Origin: Lama glama
Taxonomy: Eukaryota
Length of the DNA stretch: 64,000 nt
Assembly (NCBI GenBank): GCA_028534125.1
Contig: CM052817.1
Location: 18,726,001-18,790,000 of the forward strand
Direction of reading: 5' to 3'
Part shown: in pieces, positions 51,021 through 63,427 of the stretch
How the letters are laid out: the number at the start of each line of letters is the position of its first letter
How positions within the stretch are numbered: position 1 is the stretch's first letter
Notes under the pieces: model-generated
What the model was told of the DNA's origin: nothing
The model's input: the letters and a program-made list of their open reading frames with translations, nothing else
Databases searched by the model: none
Program-made: the position numbers and the translations under genes

Positions 51021-51142
51021 CCTAAATACAGGTGTCGTGTCCTGTTGAGTTTTGAGCATTCTTGTCTGCTCCCTAAATTGATTTTTTTCCTTTTACATCA
51101 CATGTGGGGTGAACACTGCTTGTAGTGTTTTATTTGCTCTCC

Positions 51143-51348
51143 TTTTTTTTCTTCTCTTTTCTTTTTTCTTTTTATTGAAGTATAGTTAGTTTATAATATA
51201 TCGATTTCTGGTGTACAGCATAATGTTTCAGCCATACATGTACATACTTATACTCCTTTTCATATTCTTTTTCATTATAGGTTACTACAGGATATTGAAT
51301 ATAGTCCCCTGTGCCGTACAGTAGAAACTTGTTGTTTATCTGGTTTCA
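51143..51348 (-). mobile_element. LINE-1 3' end
   Basis: T-rich tail, tttattgaagtatagtt...ggatattgaatatagtcccctgtgc. Confidence 0.9.
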
Positions 51349-51529
51349 TAAGGATTTTCCTTGTAGTTCCAATAGTAAATATTCCACCCAAGTTCAGTGG
51401 TATTTTGTGTGAATTGATCTATATGTAGACATAGTATTTGATGTATTTGTGCAAGAGGGTGAGCACTGGGTCCTTCTACTCTGCCATCTTGGTAATTCCC
51501 TCATTCACTCTCCTTTTAACTGTCCCTGC

Positions 51530-51950
51530 TCTCTGAGGTCTGAACTTTTCTTTCCTTACATTCTCCTCTATATTTATATGATCTGCCCTCTAGTAAGAGA
51601 TATGATGCCAGACCTTGGCTCTAATCTGTTATTTGCTCTCTGGTTCTTCCTCCTTTTTTGTATACTCTTTGCTTCTCTTTGAGTCTCATTCTCATTCGTA
51701 AGACCTTCCTTGGTCACCAGTTCCTGCCTCAGTGGACACTTCCTGTTCTTCCCTACTCTTCTGTTTTCCTTATCACTTGCTGCTTTCTCTCATGCTACAT
51801 ACTCCCTATTAATCTAGTTTATTTTGTCTCTCTCCCTCTGAGACCTATGCTCCATGGGTATAGGGATTTGTGGGCTCTATTCCCTTTATATCCCCAGAAG
51901 CAAAAGTGTTGCCTTGCAAATAGTAAATGCTCAAAAATTACACTGAATGA
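51530..51950 (+). mobile_element. L2 LINE 3' end
   Basis: tttattttgtctctctccc...gctccatggg..aggga...tagtaaatgctcaaaaa...tgaatgaa. Confidence 0.75.
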
Positions 51951-54819
51951 ACTTTTTGCAGGGTGTGGGGAGCAACAGCTATGTTTTCAACCACCACAGT
52001 GATCATGAAACAAACCTGAAAAGGCTAAAAGTTATTTTATGATGTATCCCCTCTCAAATGTTCAAATAATCTGTACCTGCCGTCGCAGCTGGCCATCCCA
52101 GTCTTCATGAAGTGGTTTCCTAACTGCTGCTGCTAGATGCTTCCCATCTGCTGTTATAAGATGATGCTTCTCATTGCTTTCTTGGATATGAGCTCCTTCC
52201 AGAGAAGTCGCTCAGGCTCACTGCTGAGAAATGCTGCCATTTCCAGAGGAAGAGCATTTAGTGTAAATGTAGCTCATTTCCCCTTTCATTTAGTTTAAAT
52301 CTGATGGTAAAGACCTCAAGGTGCCTCTTTGGTGGGTCCCTTTCTTTATTCATCCCTTGAAAATATGCCTTTTGCTCTTTCCAAAGGTAAAATCATTGCC
52401 TGAGCCATAGTCATTTAACACATTTAAATTTCTCTGTATTTTACCCCATGTCTTCTTGCAAATTACCTGTAAACCTTATTTCTAAGGTAAATGTATGTAT
52501 AATATTTCTTTGCTGAGTTTTAACTTTGTGATAATCTCTTCCAATATCCCTTAAACTTAGGTTCAAGTAAAAGTCATTTCCAACATAATATGCCTCTCTC
52601 CCTTGTTATTCCTTATCTGTTAGTTAATAAAATCCACCATTCTTTTGTGGCTCAATCCAGTCTCTGTCTTGGAGGTCTTATTATGCCTTGGTGACAGAAC
52701 GTTCAGTGACCACATCAGAGTCAATCTGAAAATACATGGTAGGACGTGGCTCTCTGGGACTGTGAGTATGTCACAGAGCCTAAGAGATCAGCTCCATGGC
52801 TCGGCTCCTCTTTACTCTCTTTGGAATCGGATGCCCTTTCAAGTGTGGCAAGAGGAAGGAATTTGAAACAGCTAAACTAATAGCCTCTATTAATGTCAAA
52901 CATGAACAGTACAAAGACTAAAACCTCACCCAGTCATATGATAGCCCACGTGGATACGAACTGTTCTTGCAGATTGAAGCCTCAGCAGGTTGACAGTGAG
53001 AAACACTGCAAGAACAAAAATCATTTCACCCCTCAGTGCCTGAGAAGCCTGTGTCAAGTGAGCCTTGACTGGAACTAAGAGACTCGCTTGCCCTCGATAA
53101 TTTAATCCCTATCTCATTCCTGCCTGCTTGGGTCAAAGCTGCACCCACGTCAGCCAAGGTCAGCCATAGTGTGAGCTGTGCTCCCTAAGTCCGAGGCTAC
53201 TCATGAAATAGCTGCTAAACGCCATAGACATCTGCTGCAATAAGCTGACGAGCGCTGCCATCCTGGAAGGTCAAGGACGCCAGCCACACTGGAAGCATCC
53301 ATTTACCCACGTGGTATTGTTTCACGTAACACCTCCCCCTTGCTGGCTCTTTCAAGGTTCCTGGCCAGTGTGCCAGTATATTGAAATTTTAGGATCCTAA
53401 TAAATAACTGTTGGAATAGTGATATTTCCAATAGATCTTTCCTTCATTCCCTGCTACACACAAACTTGAAAAAGTAGATACATTCGTTGCCAGGTGAATA
53501 TTATTATGACAGTTTTATGATCAAAAGAGAGAGATTGGAGGGGAGACATCAGTTGTGTGCTCATTATAACACGTTAAAATCCTATCCTTCATTAACTAGA
53601 TTTACCTAACTAAAGCGATAGGCCACCTTGCAAAAAAAAAAAAAAAGCCCAAAACAATAAAACACAGATGACCTAAGTGCACTGCAGGAAGGAGAGACTA
53701 TGTACTTGAGACAGAGAGCCCCTACCCTAGAAAAACACGGGAGACTAAGGCGTGCACATACTCTAATCTTAACTAGCAATCACGCAAGGGAGCGTGTAAG
53801 GAAGGTCAGTGTCCCCCCAAACTCTCCTCTCTCACGGCTCAGCAGTGGGGCTACGTTGGTGAGCAGAACTAAGTCAATCCATATCATCACCATGGAGTTG
53901 AAAATCTAGTGGGAGAAATTGATACCGAAAATTTAAACAAAAAATTCCAGATAGTAATACTGTATAAGGAGGTAAGAAAAGTTGTATATGAGACAATGAT
54001 ATATAAGATGTTCTAAGTATGAGTAGAGAGACGTGCTGTTTAACACAGAGAGAAGAGGGAAGGGAATGTTAGTGTCAGGTGATAGATGGAAGCAATAGGC
54101 TAGGAAGTAAACTGTGTTAAAATAAAAAAAAGACTGACTTAACAGCACTGCATAAAAACTGAATTTACAAAGTTAATTTGGTGATATCCCCAAACTTTCT
54201 TGAGATTGGCTCAAGAAGGACATCATCACTAATAAGAACTGGCCCATTCGTTGGCTTTACACAGATAAAAGAATGATATAACCATTTAAGCCTGAATGTT
54301 AATGAATAAAGTTAATAATATACATGATCTATGTATTTTTTTATCTAGAAAGAATAGATTAAAATTTTTAATGTCTATGGAGATTAAAACTTTTAATGTC
54401 TATGGATCTGACTGCTTAATCTCAAGAAGATTTCAATCCAGTGGATGATAAGAAAGATAGTTGATGGACATAAGCCCAGTACCTACTCAGGCAGACTCCA
54501 CAGACTTCCAGCCTTGACTGTAATCATTTAGCATCTGTACCATATTTCAGGTCATTAAGGTGGTTTCTCAGTCATTTTGTCATGAAGGAAGTTGAAACTT
54601 AAACAATAATTTTGTTGATATGTTGATGGACAAAAGAATAGGGAAGAAAGATACTTGTAGGAAAAAGAATAAAAGACACCAGGTTAAACTGAAGACATAA
54701 GAGTATGGGGCTATATACATCAGGAGAGATAAAATGATGTTAGCATTACATTGACAATGATTGTGATCAAATTTTGTGATCATTACTTATTTTTATGTAC
54801 ATCAAAGTCTGACAAATAC

Positions 54820-55030
54820 TACAATGTGGCAGAATGAAAGAGGCAAAGGACCTTGGAGCCAGACTTCAAGGTGCAAATCTGTGACCTTGGGTAAGATACA
54901 GATCTCTGTGCCCCAGTCTTCTCATCTATCAAATGAGGACAGTAGCAATACCTATGTCACAGGAAACACTAAGCATTGTCTAGCACATTGTAAGCACCAT
55001 GTGTTTACTTAATTGAAGTTATTGTTATGG
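54820..55030 (+). mobile_element. MIR SINE
   Basis: ttggagccagac...tgtgaccttgggtaag...tctctgtgccccagtcttctcatct. Confidence 0.8.
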
Positions 55031-56102
55031 TATCTGAATTTGTATTTAAAATCAGGTTCTAACCATAAACTTCCCAAACAAAAACTGATTTCAGTTAATA
55101 ACCAAAGAATATTCTACCTTTAACATCTGAAATACTGAAACATTTCAAGGTTGTGTGCATTTTTCAAGGATCTAAAAGTTTACAGATGATCAGATTGGAC
55201 TGGAACAGGGGTCTTCCTGCTCCCAGCTCAGTCCTTAACCCAGTGTCCTCTTCATTATGTAAATAGCAGACTCTGCTTCTCATCCATGTGTTGAATGAAT
55301 GTGTCATCTAAACAGTGCTTTAAGGGACTAAACTGAGAATAGAATGACCTTGAATATTTTACATCTTGAGAGCACACTGCCACCTTTCCTTAAAGTGACA
55401 TTGACATAAATGTCCTCGAATAAATTTATGTCCTCATCTCTACTGACTCATTAGGCAGAATTAAGTTTGCCCATCAATTGAAACAGAATTGGAGGAGAGT
55501 GGCCTTGTCAAGTTGACATATAGAAATAACCATCACAGGTGGTGAGGGAGAAAAAGCATTTTCAAAGGTGCCAAATTCAGAGTTGGTTAAGATAAACAAA
55601 CAAAACAAACCAGCAAGACTAACTGTGGCAAATATTCTTTCTGTCAGTAGCAGGTCTTTATGTTTTGTTTCCTCATCTCATGCTCAATCTAGTCCCCTTA
55701 ATATTTTATTTGTGGAGACTTTTACAATTTAAGAAAAATATTTCATTTGTCATGTCTATTAAATTTTTATTTAGTTTTCCAACATAAAATGTGGTTACTT
55801 TAAATTTTTCAGCTTCTAAAACATTAATATTTATTGAACGAAAGTTGAATAAATCCAAAATAATTCATGGAGCTTAAAAAGTACAAATCCTAAAACATTC
55901 CCCTCTCATGTATCACACCAAAATCCCCACATTTCCTGAGATTTTGCCAAATTCAGTTAAACAAATAGAAGAAACAAGTAAAACTCACAAACAAGCAAAA
56001 CCTCCCTAGTTAGGTGATTGTGACTAAAACAACTATTACAGTGAATTCACAGATTTGTGAATTTCTAATAGTCTCTGAATATAAAGAATTTGTTATCGTG
56101 TT

Positions 56103-56538
56103 GGTATATATGGCTGAATTAGGCCCCCAGTGATGTCAATATTTGAATTCCCATAATCTCTGAATATGTTATCTGATAAAAGGTACTTTGCAGACATACT
56201 TAAGTTAAGAATCTTGAGATCGGGATATTATCTCAAAGATGTCCTTATAAGAACATGGCAAGAAGCTGGAGGTGATGTGATGGTGGAGGCAGAGATAAGA
56301 CTGATGCAGGTAGAAGCCATAGAATACACAGCCTCCAAAAGAAGCTACAAAGGGTAAAGGAATAGATTCTCTTCCTTGGAGCCTCCAGAAGGAATAAACC
56401 TTGCAGACAACTTGATTTCATCCCTTTAAATTTTTCTTTGGATTTCTGACCTCCAGAACAGGAAGACAAAAAGTTTGTGTTGTTTTAAGCCACTGAATTC
56501 AAGATGCTTTGTTACAGCAGCGATAGAAAACTAACACA
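56103..56538 (+). mobile_element. MLT1C/D-like MaLR solo LTR
   Basis: tggagcctccagaaggaa...ttctgacctccagaac...gttttaagccact...ttgttacagcagcgatagaaaactaacaca. Confidence 0.85.
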
Positions 56539-56549
56539 TGCAACAGTGT

Positions 56550-56800
56550 CAGTGAGAGTTAACACATGGTGAGTGCTCTCTCCCGGCATCACTCTGTTAA
56601 GCCCTTTCCACGGAGAAGATAAAATTTAATTTTGAAAGTCATGAGGCAGAGATTAGTATTATCTTCATTTTTACAGAGGACAGATTGTAGCCTATAGACA
56701 TTCAATCACCCATGGACTCTTTGTTAGTAAAATATGACCCAGAATTCAATCCATGAAGTCTGGCTCCTATCACACATCCCACCTCTACTCCTTCCCTGCT
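56550..56800 (-). mobile_element. MIR SINE
   Basis: atgaggcag...attatcttcatttttacagagga. Confidence 0.65.
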
Positions 56801-58289
56801 TATCCGTGTTTATCTCTGAAATTCCTGCTCAAAGGCTGTGGATAGAGTCTGGCCACAGGAGGTAATTTGATCACATGAAATTATAAACTGCTATTAATTT
56901 GAAATTAATTGGGCAAATATTTAATAAGCACCCAATATATAGCAGGCATTTTACTAGACAGTAGACTATGTGGGTAACTAAGATAAACATGACTCAAACC
57001 CTTGGAAAGCTTACAATCATAGCAAACATGTGACCCTCTTTAATGGGATTTATTATATTTCCAATCTCTATTCTGCACTTTTTGGGGCCTGCTTTTCAGC
57101 TGTTTCTTAATCTTACTAAATGCATTACCAGTGCTGAGTCACCACAAATGCAGTTTTCGGAATATTGCAATTTGAAGCAGATGAGAAGAGGTGTTTTAGA
57201 AAGATGAACAGAAAACATGTAAATACAATATTTCTTGTAATATTGCGATCAAAATCTCTGTACTGAGCATTCTTTACTGGTAGCGAAACCACCTTTAATT
57301 TTCATTTCCTTTACTCCCTGGAAAGCAAAATGAATTAAGCAGCATTTTCCATTTGTTTTTAAATATGAAGGGAAGTTTTGAGAAAGGCATTTGGGAACAT
57401 AGAAAAAAATTTAAATGCAGCAGTGAGTTCAGAGGACAGATTCACAACCAGGGAGAAAAACAAAAGAATGCTTTTCAAAAAAAAAGGGTTTCCTTTTTCA
57501 CTCCTCTCATTTTCCTCATCTTAATGCTTTTATGAGCCAAATATTTTACAACCTTATGTTAAATGGAAACAAAGGGCTTCATTGCATATTATTAAGTATA
57601 GAATTATAAGAATAAGTCCATAAAATATATTGCATTTGGATTTCCTCCAACTCTGTTTTTCCAGTGCATTTGAGCTCATTATATTCAGCTAGATCTATTG
57701 ATTCTATTTCTACAGATTCTAAGTGTTTTTTTTGTGGTTTATCCGTTGTCCTCCTTTTAATTAATAGCAGATATGTAATAGGGCACCAGACAATATTTAT
57801 TCCATAATATTAATTCTGCACCTGCACGGAGGCACAGGGTTTTAGGAGAAACAAATGCACAAGCTAAGCTGTGTGCCCTCCAAGGTAAAGTTCTGTAGGG
57901 TGCACTGTGGCGTGATTTCCCCAGGGGGAAACGTGTGTTCTACTTCTCCCTGAATTAAATGGGTCACTTTAACTAGGAGGACCTCAAACTCTGCATCTGT
58001 AAAATAAGGATCTCTAGAGTTCTTTTCAGCATCTATGTATCGGATTTCTGTGGACACTTTCTGGCTTTCTGGCTCGTGTTGTATTCTCTGGTGCATTCTG
58101 GAAAGAGCCAGCTTTGGGCTCTTTGAGATGCATAGGGAAGTCTGCTTTCCCTGTGGGAGGGACACTGAGATTTTGGCCTAAGGAGTCTTCCAAGTGCCTC
58201 TTGGAAGTAAAAGAGTGGCAAGTTTGCTCACAAACCGAGTCCTGTCCCTTATCTCGTTTTCTTTTTCTTTATTGGGTAGCAAGTGTCTC

Positions 58290-58308
58290 TGGCCACCAGG
58301 GGGCAGAA
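58290..58308 (+). promoter_or_regulatory. Candidate CTCF binding site
   Basis: TGGCCACCAGGGGGCAGAA; the first 15 nt are identical to the core consensus TGGCCACCAGGGGGC. Confidence 0.65.
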
Positions 58309-58959
58309 TGGCTTTGGGTAATCCCCGAGGGGATCTACACGCATCATCAGTTCCCGAATCTTGGTTCCGTTTTAGAGCTCCGAGTTTTGGAACCCCTTTT
58401 CCGTGTTTTCACAAAGTCATCAGCACAACGACATCTAGATGGAGGAGGCAGTCTGCCTCCTAAATGTCTCCAAAGTCATATATCTTACTGCAGAGCTTTC
58501 TTCCTTGGTCGGGAGAAAAGCATGTGGGGCATTCTACAGGCAGTTATAGGACTGGATGGAAATAAAGAGAGTCAACAAAAGACTGATTTATATTGACTTG
58601 GAGAGCAAAAACAAATGTGTCCTAGATTCCACATCATTAAGAACGCAACCTTCAACGTACAAGATGTTAAACAGTTTTGCACTGCCTCTGAATGCCAGCT
58701 CTCCTTCAGAATGATAGCCAGGTGAGAGGAAACAAATAATAATAACAATAATGGCAATAACCACTTTAAACTTTGGTACATTTTCAAATCCCTGTTGAAC
58801 TCCTTGTGCTTAATGCCTAGTACTTTATCTTCCAAACTGTAGCGGCGAGTGCTTCATCAAATCTAATCCGGTAGGTGCTATTGACAGTGGCTGAGGTCAA
58901 CACACCTGCTGACTTGGAGCTGCTTCTTGAAAAACAGGGAACATTCTTTCTCCCTATCC

Positions 58960-59140
58960 CAAGACAAGTTAGCCTTTCTGATGTGAGAACTATGAGTGAT
59001 TATTTCCACTTATAAGTGTTCATGAGAAAAAATATGGATAATTATACCCTTCTTTCAGTATTGTTATGGTGACCAAACAAGAGGAGGAACATAAATGCTT
59101 AGCCTGGCATGTGGCAAACACTCACAGACGGCAGCTGTTA
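58960..59140 (+). mobile_element. MIR SINE
   Basis: gacaagttagcctttctga...aaatgcttagcctggcatgtggcaaacactca. Confidence 0.6.
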
Positions 59141-60064
59141 TTTCCCTCTTGTAAAATGAACTGAAATGATTACAGTTGCTCCCAAGCAAAGATCTGTGTG
59201 ACTTTTGAGTTTTTTGTCCAAGCTAGCTCCCCTGGCCTAAAAGAGAACAGTGAAAGGGACCACGGCTCCGATCCTTTTCCAGTCAGAAAGCGAGACCATG
59301 AGGTTAGGGACTGTACTGCTAGACTTCCTGAAAACAGTTATGAGACAAAAGAATTCCAAACAAAATCATTAGGGGTAACCAGGCTAAATGCAAGTTTTTT
59401 CCTTTTAAAGGTAGAACAAAGAGATGCTCTCCTTATTGGACTTTCGGACTAGAGGTGAGAGACATCTTCCATGTAAAGCATAAAATATGGATTTATATTC
59501 TAAAATATAAATACCATATCATATACTTTCTTATGCGTAGCCTATCGTGTATACTTTAACTGATTAAAGGGATGCATCTTGGAAAAAAATTCTATGGCCC
59601 AAATTTGGTAAGTGAAAAGGGATCAAGTAATAAAACACTAATAAAGAAAAGATTTACTAAAAGAAAATTGCCCTTAAATTAGGAAACATTTCAATGACTT
59701 AGTAATACTAGAAACCAGTATCCACTGAATAATGTCAATTTCATAAAAGAAACAAAAATAATTTTTGTCAATCTGATTCATGAACTACAATAACACGCTT
59801 TTATATCTTCAGACTAAACATCATATCTGCAGGGATATTTTTCAGTTCTCAGGAGCAGATTAACTATGAAGCTAAAAGAATGTAGCTTTAGGGTTTGTCA
59901 TTTCCTGTGCCCTGTAAATACTGGAAGTTAGGAGTTGTAGAGAACTGCAGATGAGGGGGAAAAGTCCAGGTTTAATGAGAAGTGTTTCTATGGAAACATT
60001 ACTTATAAATTGCCAAAAAAAAAAAAAAACAATGAAGAAATCACAGAAAAAGGACTCGAATCTC

Positions 60065-60714
60065 AGAATAGTCAGTGATTTTTCCCCCCATTCTAAATAT
60101 TCATTTTATACTTTTGTAGGCAGAATAATAGCCTCCAAAAAAGGCTCACATCCTAATACCTGGGAATCTGTGAATATGTCGCATGGGAAGAGAGATTTAA
60201 GGTTGCAGGTGGAATTAACTTTGCTAATCAACTGACCTTAAAGTAGAGAGATTAACTGGGTGAGTGCAATGTAATCCTAAAGTCCTTAGTGAAAATGGGA
60301 GTCAGAAGAGTCCTTGTCACCCTGATGTGATGTTAGAAGGACTCAACCAGCGATTGTTTGCTTGAAGATGGGGGAAGCAGGCTTCAAGCCAAAGAATGTG
60401 GGCAGCCTTCCAGAAGCTGGAAAAGGCAGGAAAATGAAGTCTCCTCTAGAGCCTCCAGAAAGGAAAACAGCCCTGCTGACATGTTGGTTTTATCCCAGTG
60501 AGACACACTTTGGGTTCTGGCCCCCAGAATTGAGATAATAAACATGTTAACCGACTAAGTGTTAACCTACTAAGTTGGTAGTAATGTGATAACAGTAGCA
60601 AAAGAAAACCAATGCAAATACTTACTTTTGGATTTGCAATTTAATTATTTGTTTTCTTAGAGAAGACCCTGAATTGTGTAGATTTATAAACTCACAGAAC
60701 CTGGTTCCATCCCT
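60065..60714 (-). mobile_element. ORSL-like hAT-Tip100 terminal fragment split by an MLT1D LTR
   Basis: Reverse complement starts cagggatggaaccaggttctgtg...ctctaagaaaa and continues across the LTR into gaatatttagaatg. Confidence 0.55.
60112..60616 (+). mobile_element. MLT1D-like MaLR solo LTR
   Basis: gtaggcagaataatagcc...gctaatcaactgacctta...ctctagagcctccagaaagga...gaaaaccaatgca; TSD-like tatac / aatac. Confidence 0.9.
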
Positions 60715-61279
60715 GTCAATACTGTACATGAATGTCGACTTTATTAGCATGGACGTGGTTTTCCCACAACTTGTATTTATTCCTCTCCCAGGGATATAGA
60801 TATATTTTATGATGTCATTGGCCTTCCCCTGGGAGCACTGGCCCCTCTCAATGTTAATGAAATTCCTTTTCTTTCCCTAACACAAGGATCATGGGGAGAC
60901 AAAAGAACATTCATTACTTTACAACACTTTGTGCTTTTGTAATCTTTAACCCAAATTGGCCCGATGGAGATGCGTGCTGTGTGCTCCAGCCTTCTGTTTT
61001 TCTTAAATTGGCCACTAAAATGAAACCCTTCAGTATAACTGTTGAGATTCTAATATAGTTACACTGCGTCTGTGAAACTGGTTAGGGCTCTTGTCTTCCC
61101 CATCACTAACAGCCAGTGACATATTCCAATTTATGGGTATAGCTGTTTGTTGCCTACACTTCCTGTTGGGCACAGAATGGGATCAGTGTGCATACCTTTA
61201 GAATATTTGTGATAGTAGAGAAAATGAAAAGAGAAGAAATGGGAAGATTATATTGTTTGAAAGCTTAGAATGTATAACT

Positions 61280-61490
61280 GCTCTGTAAAATGCTTTATAT
61301 AAACCTTTTTTATTTCATTCTTCCAATATTGCTGTAGGTTCGATAGTCTCATACTCCTTTTACAAATGAAGATATTGAGGCTTTAAAACATTATTTGTTT
61401 TGCTCCAGGTCAGGTAATTGGTAGATAGCCAAACTGGAATGGGATTCCAGTTTTGGTTTGTATGACTTGAAAACTCATAACATTTGAAAA
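61280..61490 (-). mobile_element. MIR SINE
   Basis: ttttacaaatgaagatattgaggct core. Confidence 0.65.
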
Positions 61491-62009
61491 CCCCTATCAT
61501 CTATTCCTACCTGTGTCAAAGCTTGACTTTTCCAGGCTGGTGTGCACCTGCAAAGAGTGTGTTAACTCATCTGAACGGTGACAGTGTCTCCTTGGGTACA
61601 ACATGGGCTCTTCCTGACTCCTGTACCCTCTCCTCAGTTTCCTTTCCACTTAGCCTATTCTTGATTCAGTTCGTTTTCTGGTTCAGGAATATCTCTTGAA
61701 TCTTGCCTGATATTCTCCCTTGATTAGACTAGGTGCTCTTTTGACTCCCATGCCTACCTTTCTCGTAGGAACCGTGCCAAGGGATAGGTGCCCATTCACT
61801 CCTCTGCCTTCTGCACTAGACGCCTTGAGCCTTGAGGAATGAATCTTTCAAGTCCTAGGCAGATCTGGGGCTTGGTCTATGCCCAGTTGAGTTAATAAAT
61901 ATATTCCCTGACTTTAGTGTTTCTGTAAAATACTTTCCTAGGAACAGAAGACGTGAGGATTGTCTTTATGAGTTTAAGGAAAGTAAGGCACTAGCAGCTT
62001 TTCATGCTT

Positions 62010-62150
62010 ATTAAATATGTCTCTTTTGTTTATGTTATCGCATTACTGCCCAGAATAACTGTGTAAGTTGGGATAGTTTTATCTTCGTTTTACAGATGAG
62101 CAGACTAAGGCTGAGAGCTTAACAACCTGGACTCAGCTTGTACTGATCCA
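62010..62150 (-). mobile_element. MIR SINE fragment
   Basis: ttttacagatgagcagactaaggct core. Confidence 0.7.
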
Positions 62151-62679
62151 GGTGTTACTGCAACACAGAATTATCCATTATCACTAGTAGTCATGCTACT
62201 ATCGTTGTTGTTATTTGAAGGCATTCCTGGGGATAAGACACAGAGGAGCTGGCTGATTTCCTCTGAGCATATGGAGGAAAGCAGACACTTCAGAATGCTG
62301 AGGTCCCCACAGCCTGCGCCACGTGAGGCGGGCTCCTGCCCTCCTTGAATCTTGACATATTCTATCAAAGCTTGGCAAAGGTTCGAAAACCAGGTTAACA
62401 TTAAGTATTTCTACCTCCCTAAGCATCCCCAACTCATGCCTTCCCTGGCCAGCTCAGATGCTGCTCACCGTGAAGGCAGGTCACAGATAGCGAATCCTCA
62501 AACACATCAAGTGGTAGGGCTTTAAAAAACGCGTAGATTTGTGACCCAATAATGACAGTCTACAACTGGAAACAGGTGTCCATCAACAGGAGCTTGGATA
62601 GAATGGAATGAAGAGACAAGCATAAATACAATTATATGGATGAAACTCAGAAACATTATATTGAGTGAAGAAAAAAAGG

Positions 62680-63183
62680 ATACTGGTTTCCTATTGCTGC
62701 TGCACCAAATCACCACATACTTAGTGACATAAAGCAAGGCAAAGGTGTTATCTTACAGTCCTGGAGGTAAAGGCCACAATGGGTCTCCCTGGGCTAAGAT
62801 CAGTCCTGTTAGCAGCTGTTTTTGTGCCTAGATGCTCTATGGAATAATTCATTTTTCTGCCTCTTTCAGCTTCTGGAAACTCCGCATTCGTTGGCTTGTA
62901 GCCTTTTCAACCTTCAAAGCCAGCAACGTTCAGTCAACCCTTTCCTAAGATGCCATTTCTGTGGTTTTGACTCTTCTGCCTCCCTCTTCTTCTTGTGGTT
63001 ACATTGTGCCCACTCAGATAATCCAGGATAATTTCCCTATTTCAAGGTCAGCTGACTAGCAGCCATAATCCCGTGTACGACTTTAATTACCCCTTCACAT
63101 CACGCCGTGTAACGTGACATGAGCGCAGGTTCTAGGGACCGTGAGGTAGGCATGGGGCGGGGGGCATTATTCTGTCATTGACA
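62680..63183 (-). mobile_element. MLT1D-like MaLR solo LTR
   Basis: tttcctattgctgctg...gataatccaggataat...tcaaggtcagctgactagca...ggcattattctg. Confidence 0.9.
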
Positions 63184-63409
63184 GTCCTGCTTAAAGGAGC
63201 ATATGTGTATGACTTCCACTCAACCAAATTCTAGAACCAGCAAAATTAATCTTTGTGGGGAAAAAAATACGGAAACATGGTTGCTCTCGGGCTTAGCGGC
63301 AGAGATTAAGAAGATGCATTAGGCAACGTTCTGGAATGATGCTGATGTTCTTTATTTTGATAGAAATTTTTGTTACATAGGTCTATAAATTAGCCCAAAC
63401 TCAATGTTT

Positions 63410-63427
63410 TATATATATATATATATA
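63410..63427. repeat. (TA)n microsatellite
   Basis: About 9 TA units. Confidence 0.9.

Noticed and set aside
58114..58596. 160-aa ORF
   Set aside because: Non-ATG start, no recognisable domain and no exon boundaries; the CTCF motif is the better-supported feature here.
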